This document shows, one piece after another, positions 1 through 8,900 of a stretch of 47,546 nucleotides of DNA. Source of the DNA: an uncultured Gammaproteobacteria bacterium (GTDB taxonomy: Bacteria > Patescibacteriota > Patescibacteriia > Magasanikbacterales > GWA2-37-8); NCBI GenBank assembly GCA_964634875.1, contig CAZWKA010000009.1, forward strand, positions 1 to 47,546. Direction: 5' to 3'. A program made the position numbers and the translations under genes. Every line of letters begins with the position of its first letter. Positions within the stretch are counted from its first letter, which is position 1. Below the pieces are notes generated by a model. That model worked only from the letters and a program-made list of their open reading frames with translations. It had not been told where the DNA came from and searched no databases.

Positions 1-129
1 TGTTGAAATTGCGCACCACAAAAACACTAAATTGTGCTTTTGAGGTTTTGTAGTTTATTACCTACATTTGTCCCGCGGCCTTCAACTCTGAAGAAAGCCT
101 GACCGGGATACCCTATTGCTTTTTGCTGT

Positions 130-585
130 CAAATTGTCAAAGTCCAGTCGATCGGGCTCTGCTGTCATTTCAGATCAAGCACACTTTCTTTCGATGAAGA
201 AAAATTTTGCGCTTGATTGGAAATGAGCTCGGACAAAATAAAAACCACTTGTTTCACAAGCGGCTCTATGAAACCGGGCAGGTGCCAGGTTTAACCACTT
301 GGATATTCGGAGTAAGGATTTATATTCTTAAGTAACATTGCAATTGATAGTAAACTTTTGAAAAAGTTGTATATCGGTCTTGCTTCCGGTACTTGAATTG
401 TAGCTTACCCAGAGGTCCAAGCGGATACGAAGTATCCAGTATTGAGGTGGACGTGGTCTCGATTTACTCGAGATTTATCGTAGGCTTGATGTTACACGTG
501 ATCAGGATGTGTGTCAAGGGCAACATTTGTGGATAAATAGAGCGAAAAACGATTGTTATCCACAGGTCGGATAAAAGCCCTTTAA
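130..585 (+). ncRNA. rnpB: Candidate RNase P RNA (divergent bacterial type); ends approximate
   Basis: Bases 1-609 contain no ORF of 60 aa or more. Bases 262-302 (GGCTCTATGAAACCGGGCAGGTGCCAGGTTTAACCACTTGG) closely resemble the conserved P5/P7/P8 core of bacterial RNase P RNA (E. coli GGGCUCCAUAGGGCAGGGUGCCAGGUAACGCCUGG, recalled from memory). Weaker collinear matches are AAAGTCC at 139-145, ACCCAGAGGTCCAAGCGG at 407-424, GTAGGCTTGATG at 480-491 and CCACAGGTCGGATAA at 560-574. There are several short-loop hairpins. I could not fold a convincing P4 helix by hand. Confidence 0.55.
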
Positions 586-609
586 AAACAGTATTTTTTG
601 ATGAGTACT

Positions 610-1257
610 TTATGTGTTCTTGAGTGTTTTCCAGTCTGCTAAAAACTTTTCAATGCCAGCATCCGTTAACGGATGGTTAAACAATTCTTTCAAGACTTTA
701 AATGGCACCGTTGCAATATGTGCCCCAATAACTGCCGCATCTTGCACGGTTTTGGCGTCTCGTACCGATGCCACTAAGAGTTGGGCTTTAAAATCGTAAT
801 TTTCAATAATCTGGAGCGATTCGCTAATCATGCGCATACCGTCTTCGCCCTGGTCTACCAGGCGCCCCACAAACGGACTAATCAATGTTGCACCTGCTTT
901 GGCGGCGAGCAGCACTTGGTTTGGGGTAAATACTAACGTGACATTGGTCTTAATAGCAAGGTGCGTAAACATCGTTACCGCTTTGAGGCCTTCGGCAGTA
1001 CACGGCACTTTAACATGGATATTTTCATGCCAGCTAGCGAATTCTTCACCTTCTTTAACCATGCCTTCGGCATCCGGGCTGACTGTCTCGGCACTAACCG
1101 GCCCATTAACGATATCGCAAATTTCGAGGATGGTTTTTTTGAAGTCACGTCCTTCACGGGCAATGAGGGTTGGGTTCGTGGTAACACCATCGATTATCCC
1201 CCACGAAGCAGCTTCGCGAATTTCGTCGAGGTTGGCAGTGTCAATAAAAAGTTTCAT
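610..1257 (-). CDS. tal: Transaldolase / fructose-6-phosphate aldolase (short TalC/MipB type)
   Basis: The 215-aa product starts [24 protein letters not shown] and contains ISPFVGRL. It is collinear with the about 215-aa 'probable transaldolase' family, for example B. subtilis YwjH. Confidence 0.9.
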   Translation of the reverse strand: MKLFIDTANLDEIREAASWGIIDGVTTNPTLIAREGRDFKKTILEICDIVNGPVSAETVSPDAEGMVKEGEEFASWHENIHVKVPCTAEGLKAVTMFTHLAIKTNVTLVFTPNQVLLAAKAGATLISPFVGRLVDQGEDGMRMISESLQIIENYDFKAQLLVASVRDAKTVQDAAVIGAHIATVPFKVLKELFNHPLTDAGIEKFLADWKTLKNT

Positions 1258-1305
1258 ATAAGAAAATTTACCTGTCCAAACTTTTGTGTTTCAGTTCCAA
1301 CACTT

Positions 1306-1548
1306 TTAAACCTGTGTTTCTTCCAGTTGGTTAGCATTTTCTACCCGGTACTCCTGCCAGCGGTGCTTTAAGACTTCTTTCCAATTTTCGGTGTCTTGGT
1401 CTGAATCCATTTGTCCCAGGTCAACATGATCTTCGATAACCTCATCTACCATGTCATTCCACGCCTCGCGGGTGTTTACTCCTTGGTCGAGCGCACGATC
1501 CCAGATTTCTTGCAAAGCATCCTCCAGCGTATACGAATTTACTTCCAT
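1306..1548 (-). CDS. Hypothetical small acidic protein
   Basis: 80-aa ORF on the same strand as its neighbours and tightly spaced with them. I recognise no motif. Confidence 0.45.
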   Translation of the reverse strand: MEVNSYTLEDALQEIWDRALDQGVNTREAWNDMVDEVIEDHVDLGQMDSDQDTENWKEVLKHRWQEYRVENANQLEETQV

Positions 1549-1570
1549 ACGAAAGAACTTTTATGAATAA

Positions 1571-1837
1571 TTAAACAAAAAGGCAAATACAACTTCCCCC
1601 TTCTTCATGTATTGTAGCAACGAGTGCGTGACCTTGCAAATAACCAATCACTACTTCGCGGAGCTTGCCGCTCCCACCACCATAAATAAGCCGGGCAGCT
1701 GAATCGCTTTCGGCCGCAGCATAGAGGAAGATGTCGATTTTGGCAAGTGCTTCGTCTGGAAATAGGCCGTGGAGATCGAGCGCGGGGAGGTCGGTGCGGA
1801 GTTCAGCAGCAAAAATTCGGGCTTCTTGAGGAGTCAT
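1571..1837 (-). CDS. Smr domain protein
   Basis: 88 aa. LDLHGL...IYGGGSGKLREVV matches the Smr (MutS2 C-terminal-like) signature: DLHG followed by a G-x-G-x-L-R block. Confidence 0.7.
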   Translation of the reverse strand: MTPQEARIFAAELRTDLPALDLHGLFPDEALAKIDIFLYAAAESDSAARLIYGGGSGKLREVVIGYLQGHALVATIHEEGGSCICLFV

Positions 1838-1840
1838 ATA

Positions 1841-2419
1841 TTAACCCGCTAATTCCTGAATAGCGTTAAAAACCACCGGCAACTCAAGCACCCCATCACT
1901 CCCACTGAAATGGCCCATTTCGTGTTCCACGATAATTTTTGAACCGAGCTTATTTTTAAAATCCGCCTGATTGTCAGCAGACACCAACAGATCATTATCC
2001 GAAAAAATGGCAATACTTTTGGGAAGATGTATTTTTACTGTAGCCAGATCTAAAGGTGCCAGACGCCAGGTATCCCAGATAATTAATTCGTTAGGGGCTT
2101 CAAAGCCGGTGAGTCGTTTAAAAAAACCGGCCACAAAAACTGCTCCGCCCAAAATCTGACCTTCGCCAAGCATTGCGGCGTAGCGGGCAATTGTTTGACA
2201 TCCCATGCTGTGACCGACGAAGTACGTTTCGGTGTCCGGCGTACCGACTGCCGCAGCTAGTGCTGGTACCCAATTTTCAATTTTGGGGTGATCGGCGCCG
2301 GGAAGTTGCGGAACAAAAACTGCAAAGCCTTTTTTCTCGAGTTCGGTTTTGAGCCATGGGAACCAGCCTTCGAGCGGGTGGCCGCTCCAGCCGTGGACGA
2401 TGAAGATGCGTTTCGACAT
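1841..2419 (-). CDS. Alpha/beta serine hydrolase, YdeN/RBBP9-like
   Basis: IFIVHGWSG..., the nucleophile elbow GHSMG, and a C-terminal D...GHF. The start is placed at the internal Met (MSKRIFIVHG, ATG at 2419) rather than at the ORF-track start 2494. Confidence 0.75.
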   Translation of the reverse strand: MSKRIFIVHGWSGHPLEGWFPWLKTELEKKGFAVFVPQLPGADHPKIENWVPALAAAVGTPDTETYFVGHSMGCQTIARYAAMLGEGQILGGAVFVAGFFKRLTGFEAPNELIIWDTWRLAPLDLATVKIHLPKSIAIFSDNDLLVSADNQADFKNKLGSKIIVEHEMGHFSGSDGVLELPVVFNAIQELAG

Positions 2420-2617
2420 ACAAAATATTCTTACGAAGCAACTATACTGTAAAAATATTTGCTTGTCTATTTTAGTTTTCTGAAGAAAAAACACTGTTCG
2501 TTCCGGCGCAGGAGAAGAAAATACTGATCTTAACCTTCTAATTTAATCATTAAAAAGTTAGGATCAGGATCCCGCCGCGTGTACACGGCGGGAATTTGGA
2601 AGGTCAACGGAAACCCG

Positions 2618-3430
2618 CTACTTTCGTCGGTGGCGACGAGGACGGCGCCTCGTTACCGGTCGAGGGCGATAGGGCTTCTTAGGCCGTGGTTGTGGTGCTG
2701 GTGACTGAGCAGTGAAATCACCCTTCAGGATCTTCATGAGGATAAACAACGACAGCACCATGGTCACCAGGTCAAACATCAGCCCAAAAAACACACGTGG
2801 GCCAGCTAACCCCTTTACAACCAGCGAAACCAACTTTCCACCATCGAGCGGCTGGAGAGGCAGCAAGTTGAAGACCGCTAAACCCATGTTGAGGGCAAAG
2901 ACATGCCGCAACACATTGTGTAGGGTGCTCGGAACCCGGCTGACCATACGGATGATGCCGAGCGGCCCAGCCAGCATCGAAAAGTCATTCTTGGCAATCA
3001 AACGCACCAACTCCACCACAGAGTAGAGCCAGCTGCCAAAAGACTCCCTCACGGCCGCAAAGAGCGTCCTTACAGAACCAGGCGGCGCAGTGATCACACC
3101 AATACGCCGACCTGCGACGAGGAGTATCAAAAAGGCGCACAGGACATTCAGCAACGTTCCCGAAACCGACACCAACGCTTTGGCTGCAAAAGTGGCTGCT
3201 TGAAGATCCTGCTGGTTAGGCTGATTAAAACCAGCGATTGGAAGCAGACGAAGCGTGAAATCAGTAGTACCCGCTCGCTTCCCATACAGCGTGGGCCCAA
3301 TACCGACCGAGAACTCTTCAACGCCCACGCCTGTCATACGACACGCAGCGTAGTGCCCCGCTTCATGGACTGTGATCATGGCGAACAGCAACGCTGCACC
3401 CAAGAAGTGTCGTCCGGTACGAGTTTTCAT
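2618..3430 (-). CDS. Site-2 protease family (M50) membrane metalloprotease with a polybasic C-terminal tail
   Basis: HEAGH (HExxH) lies in the first TM segment and NLLPLQPLDGG forms the second zinc-ligand motif. There are multiple hydrophobic segments. The SD AGGAGGG sits upstream of the ATG. No PDZ domain is evident. Confidence 0.8.
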   Translation of the reverse strand: MKTRTGRHFLGAALLFAMITVHEAGHYAACRMTGVGVEEFSVGIGPTLYGKRAGTTDFTLRLLPIAGFNQPNQQDLQAATFAAKALVSVSGTLLNVLCAFLILLVAGRRIGVITAPPGSVRTLFAAVRESFGSWLYSVVELVRLIAKNDFSMLAGPLGIIRMVSRVPSTLHNVLRHVFALNMGLAVFNLLPLQPLDGGKLVSLVVKGLAGPRVFFGLMFDLVTMVLSLFILMKILKGDFTAQSPAPQPRPKKPYRPRPVTRRRPRRHRRK

Positions 3431-3551
3431 GGTGCGAACCCTCCTGTTATTTCCTCACCTCTATAGATACTAAGTGTCTATACAAGAAAAAAGATACATT
3501 CGGGACAGGTGGTTGTACCATGCAACAGCATCTCTGTCAACCGTTTACTTA

Positions 3552-3580
3552 TTGAGGAAAATAAAGCAATATGCTATATT
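3552..3580 (+). promoter_or_regulatory. Candidate sigma70-like promoter for the 718-aa gene
   Basis: TTGAGG (3552-3557), a 17-nt spacer, then TATATT (3575-3580), about 40 nt upstream of the ATG at 3622. Confidence 0.35.
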
Positions 3581-3621
3581 TCACTTAAATCAAGATCCAC
3601 ATTTTTGATACCTCACTACAT

Positions 3622-5778
3622 ATGGCAATGCGGGAAAATTTTTTTGACCACGTCGCAGCGCTCGATACCGCTCCGCCACAAAAATTATACCAAGAACTTA
3701 TCATCGAACGTGCCGTGCCAAGATTAGAGGCTTTTGGCGACATTTACTCGTCAGCAATCTTGCTTCAAGCGAAACAAGAACTTGCTGAAGCCCTTCAACT
3801 AATAGAGGGCCGCATGAGCCAATCAGATAAAAATCGGAAAGCTTGGGCAGAAATTTTTGAAACAATTGTCTGTTTACAAATTGAACAAGGTGATTGGTTA
3901 GGGAACGAAATAGCCGCTACGTTTACCACACCTTACGACGACATTATCGGAAGTCTTGACGGTGTTATTGAAGGACCGATCGAGCACGATTCGGGCGAGC
4001 GCCTACGTATTGGTTTTGATTGTACTTTTTCACAAGAACAGTTAGAAAAAAAATTAGTCCGAACTAAAAAACGACTCGATGCAGGGCGTTTGTTTAACGT
4101 TAAATTCTTTACCTCACCGCATGAGGGCAACAACTTATCCTTAACAGATTTACCTGGAATAATTTTATACGCCCCAAAACAAGCGGTAGCTGAATTGGCT
4201 GAACTATGGAAAAAAGACAAAACACAACTGCGGAATCACCCACTCAAATTTGTTATTTTAGAACAAACTTTGTACCAATTATTTGCTGCCAAAGCCTACC
4301 TCGAATCCCCAGGATGCATCATTGAAAAGGAAAAAAAGAAAAATTTAAGCATTATCTTTGAAAGAAACTTAGAGCACCTGTTAAACGGTGCAAAGGATGT
4401 GGCCCAAACTATTGACGGTACTGCTTTTGAAAACCTTGATAAAGACCAATCATTACAATTACTTCGTCGCAATACGTTGAATATTTTTAACATTCACGGG
4501 CCAATCCTGCCCGACAATCGCGCTTATGCCCTAGAAGTACTACTCGATCGAGCAGGAGCACTACCGAATACCCCAGAGCCAGCGCAAGAACACGCTGATG
4601 CTGTAGAACCTGTTGTTTCAGCTACGAAAGAAATCCCAGTTGAAAATATCGAAAAAAAACTACCGACATTAGGGGCCTTAAAAGACCAACTACGAACACT
4701 CGGCATAAAAAGCCGTATGGATTATATTCAAAACTTTCGTGGGCAAGGTTGGCCATCCACACCACACATAACCTATCGTAATGAGTGGACTAACTGGAAC
4801 GATTTTTTAAATACTTCATACTCAAGAGTACAACCACTTGAAGCTGCTGCTAATTACAAAAATACAGAAAGAGTTGTGAATAGTGCAGGTTTGTATCGTG
4901 ATGTTGATGGCACAGAATGGTACTCAACTACCTACCTCAAAAATTACTATAGCACCACTCACGGCCGATCACTGCTTGACCGCTTGAAAAACGTTCCCCG
5001 AATTACAGGCGCTAGTGGCAACATTCAAATTCCACTCTACCGCGGACCCGAAGCGCTAACACAACTAGCTGATTTTGAGTTACCTCGAGCAGATTCAGTG
5101 ACTAATATATTTACCACTCCCGAAGGTAAACATTATGCCCCACGTGGGTACGTTGAAGAAAAATATGTTTTTAAAAACTCGAATCAGGCCAATACTGTGT
5201 TTAACAGCACAGCGCGAATTGATGGGCGTAACAGAAGTGGCGTGCGAGGTTTTCTCTACGACCTTGATAGCATTGAAGCTTTAAAACTACCCCAGCGATC
5301 ACCCACCGAACAGTTTACTACCGAGTTGCCACAGGTGAATCCAACGACCAATATTTACACAAGAGCAGATGGAAAACAATTTGCTCCACTTTCTTTTCTA
5401 GCACAAGAAACTGGACGAACCGAATCAGATTTAAAGAATACTTTAAACACAATACCGCTTATAGTAGGAAAAGAACGCACTAACAAAAGATGTCGTTTGT
5501 ACGATTTACAAGCCGCTCGTGAAACTTTAGCTAGCGCTAACCCTGAAGCAAAAAAACCCAACGGTTATTTTGTCGATCCCAACGGTAAGGCATGGGCGCC
5601 ATTTGGCTATTTTATGGAACTTCTTAGCACAACAGAAGGGTCGATTCGCGGTTTTTTAAAAACAAGAAAAGAACTTCCTTCTATAAAAGGAGGTAAAAAG
5701 GGAGGCCATTTTGTAACTTTATATGGTGTCGACGAAGTAACTGCCGCTTTTTTGGACAAGAAAAAATCGAAAGAATAA
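3622..5778 (+). CDS. Hypothetical 718-aa protein with four C-terminal tandem repeats of about 65 aa (HTH-like)
   Basis: Long uninterrupted ORF. The four repeats are aa 423-485, 494-556, 576-637 and 647-711. They share Y/F-x3-5-G-x2-[WYF]-[AS]-[PT] ... LY-x-[LVP] (NIFTTPEGKHYAP.., NIYTRADGKQFAP.., NGYFVDPNGKAWAP.., LYRDVDGTEWYST..). There is no signal peptide. Confidence 0.8.
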   Translation: MAMRENFFDHVAALDTAPPQKLYQELIIERAVPRLEAFGDIYSSAILLQAKQELAEALQLIEGRMSQSDKNRKAWAEIFETIVCLQIEQGDWLGNEIAATFTTPYDDIIGSLDGVIEGPIEHDSGERLRIGFDCTFSQEQLEKKLVRTKKRLDAGRLFNVKFFTSPHEGNNLSLTDLPGIILYAPKQAVAELAELWKKDKTQLRNHPLKFVILEQTLYQLFAAKAYLESPGCIIEKEKKKNLSIIFERNLEHLLNGAKDVAQTIDGTAFENLDKDQSLQLLRRNTLNIFNIHGPILPDNRAYALEVLLDRAGALPNTPEPAQEHADAVEPVVSATKEIPVENIEKKLPTLGALKDQLRTLGIKSRMDYIQNFRGQGWPSTPHITYRNEWTNWNDFLNTSYSRVQPLEAAANYKNTERVVNSAGLYRDVDGTEWYSTTYLKNYYSTTHGRSLLDRLKNVPRITGASGNIQIPLYRGPEALTQLADFELPRADSVTNIFTTPEGKHYAPRGYVEEKYVFKNSNQANTVFNSTARIDGRNRSGVRGFLYDLDSIEALKLPQRSPTEQFTTELPQVNPTTNIYTRADGKQFAPLSFLAQETGRTESDLKNTLNTIPLIVGKERTNKRCRLYDLQAARETLASANPEAKKPNGYFVDPNGKAWAPFGYFMELLSTTEGSIRGFLKTRKELPSIKGGKKGGHFVTLYGVDEVTAAFLDKKKSKE

Positions 5779-5916
5779 GGAATCCGAGATTAGATCAATG
5801 ACTTGTATGCCGAGACCTCTCAGTCATTTTGTAGACTTATGGTGCAACAAAGAAATTCAATTAGTTAACAAGGCTTTGCCTACCAGCATTTGTAAAAAAG
5901 AACCCTGCTTCCTTTA

Positions 5917-5946
5917 CAAAAAACAACGTAGCGAGCGTTGTTTTTT
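5917..5946. terminator. Bidirectional rho-independent terminator between convergent genes
   Basis: Hairpin AACAACG-tagcgag-CGTTGTT (5922-5942), flanked by an A-run upstream and a T-run downstream. Confidence 0.6.
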
Positions 5947-5994
5947 ATATAATACAAGTTTTTATAAATATTTTAAGCATTATAAGATCTTTTC

Positions 5995-8900
5995 CTATGC
6001 AGCCATCTTTTCTTCCATTTCATCTATTCGCTCTAATCGAACAAGATGTACATCCTCATTAATTCCTTGATCCGTATCTTCAAAATAACCCTCCATCAAT
6101 TGGTCTTGCGTAATTCTATACCCTAAAATTTCGAGCATTGTCTCAGAATGAATAAGGGCGGCATACGAAGTTGAAGCGCGAGCATGAAATTCTATCGGCA
6201 TTCCTTGTCTTGCCCGGGCAAACTCAAGCAGGCGTTCTAGAGCCTTCCGACCGTATCCTTTACGCTGCTGCTCGGGTAAAAGCGCCATATCTGAAACATA
6301 GAGCACTGACCCACCTCCAGCAAATTCAGACTCAGTTATATAGGCAACCGTATAGCCAACAGGTTGGCTTCTCCCATCTACTTTCTCAGCAACTATAAAA
6401 CTAGCATTATCTGACTCGTCACCTTCCTCAAAATCTAACTCATCTGCAAAAAATTCTTCTCCCTGACGCATGCCTTCAGGATAAATCGCACTTTCCAATT
6501 CCGCTATTACTCCTGCGTTCCTTCGTGTCAAATTTCTGATCCTAACCTCAGGAGCTTTATGTTGCACCGGTTTTGCCTGCTCTAAAGACTTTGGCACCAC
6601 ATGATTCGGAATTTCCATTTTAAGATGCTGCTGCATGCCATGGATTGTTTTAAACGGCTCACCTGCTTTAATAATAATATAATTTTTTTTCAATTTATCA
6701 GCATAACCGTTATCCATTCGAGCATCGCGTGTGTAGTATTTAAAACCACGGCGCTTTGCCTCAATATCGAGCCGATACATAAGATCAGCAACTAGCCCCT
6801 TGCCTTGATACTGACTGAGGAGAGCGGTTGAAGAAACATACACCGCCTCCTTATCACCCGCTCCAGCAATGGCCGTACAGTAACCAATTATTGTATCGCC
6901 ATCTTTCATAATAAGAGCGATATTTTGCGGATTTGAAAACTCATCTCTTAGATGCCCTTCACCATATCCTCTTCCCTCAAATGCCTGCTCTTCGATTAGC
7001 ATGATCTGACTCTTTATCTGCTCCCACGACGAACCTCCTACGATTTCTACCTTCATGTTTTTTGCTTTTTCGACATCTTCTTTAGATAGCTCAAGCAGAC
7101 CCTTCTGATTATAAGCGTCGGTATAAATTCCAGATTCAGGCAGTGGAATACTGTCTACAGACTTCAATCCCTCAAGACCAATGTCCGTATAACCTGTACC
7201 CACATGTACTTTAGAAAGTTTTGCACCTGGATCGCGACGCAACTGATCAGTTAAATAACGGTTAAAAAATTCTTGGTACTGTTTTAAAACCATATTCAAA
7301 TCTCGTCCGGCATTGGCTTCAATATTATCACATACCAACGTGTTTGCAGCTTCTTTTCTATTAGTGTATAAAAATGACTGAGCAACAATCTGACCATCTC
7401 TGTATAAAGCGAAAAAGCCGCAGGAAGGGTTGGCATACCCTGCCTTGATGCAACTATTTGAAACACCGCCAAGTGTCATACAACAACCGGTATCATGACC
7501 AATGGTCATACCTCGCGCATCACTTTTTGGAAACACTTCACCGACCCACCCGCCACCTAAGTCTATTTTTTGTGGCGTTATATAAAACTTCGCATTAAAG
7601 CTCTCTTTAAGTTCAGCGATTGCCTTTATAGCCGTGTTACCATCATAACAGCGTACCAACTCACTAAACCAATCTTTATAAGTTACCAAGTCTTCGCGGG
7701 TAAAGTTATGCGGGAGGTAGCCTCCATGTTCCATTTCGTCGTAGGCCACGCGCAGTCCGTTCAAATCAGCCCACTGTTTGATGGCGCGTGGATTATCGGC
7801 GCAACCATCCGCCAAAGCTAATTCACGGTTAGCCCAGGCTAACGCTAATAACTGGCGTGGAGCAGATGCATGTGTAGCAACCCATGTTTGAGCGTCGTCT
7901 ACAAAACTGTTTCGCAATTCTCCAACAACTTTAAGAGCTCCTACTATAGACGGTACCGGCTCTCGGTCCTGACCCTTTTGAATCATCATTTTTAGCTCTT
8001 CAAGACACTTTTCAATTTCTTTTGCAAAAATAGGCAAAGGGGTTTTTAATGATTTTGCCCGCTTAGGATCTAATTCAAAAGTCTTCAACTCTTGCTCAAC
8101 TGCTGCCCGCACCTGTTCGTATGTTAGCTCACCCTGCTCAACTAACGGTAGCATGGCTGTATACACTAACTCGGTTGCTTGGCTTGAAAATAGATCAGCG
8201 TACTTATTTGGATTAGTTGGAACACGATTGCGCAATTTTTCAGGAACACTGGTTAAAGAATAGATCAAACTAATTTCTTGAGCATGATCTTTGTATACTT
8301 TACCATTTTTTTCTTGTGGCACTTCTAATTCTTTAAGCCAAAATGTAGCATCATGTATATTGGCATCTATACCCCCATTTAAGCGGGACAAAATAATATT
8401 GCCGAGACGTTTATGTTGCCAACCTTCAGGAACATAATAAGCATTTTCGACACACCAAGCTTGCTGTTTTCCTTTTGACCCATCAAAAGGAAAGGGGCTC
8501 TTTTCTAACAAAGCATGATCATTGAGCCATGGATATTCAACCAGAGATTTTACTGTATAACCTTTATTAAAAGAAAAGCGTAAATTATGAAAATCGTATT
8601 TAGCTAAAGCACACAAATCTTCTAGTGACAATGTGATTTTTAGCTCTTCACCAAGCCCTCTGACTAATTTTATGTTTTGTAACTCATAGGGAGTTAGCTG
8701 ATTAATTCTTTTTATCAGTTCGCGTGTTACTAAGGTATCAGGAAATAATACTAAAGCCCGAGCATATCCAAAAACTGTTTCTGTACTTGCACCTCGATGC
8801 AGAGCGTCATAACACCAATTAACCAAACCCAGCGGAGCCGAATTTATCCAATCAATAACAGAATCATTTCGATCATTATTAAATTCATTTTCTTTAAAAT

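Noticed and set aside
528-564. Two perfect DnaA-box 9-mers (TGTGGATAA and TTATCCACA) were considered as evidence for oriC.
   Set aside because: They are the two arms of one hairpin, so they do not count as independent boxes. I found no further good boxes, no AT-rich unwinding repeats and no dnaA or dnaN in view. The region is better explained by an RNase P RNA. It is kept only as a side note in finding 1.
5798-6070. A 90-aa ORF lies in the convergent intergenic region and overlaps the 3' end of the 1430-aa gene.
   Set aside because: It spans the bidirectional terminator hairpin and runs antisense into the GNAT gene. Its composition is low-complexity and it has no SD.
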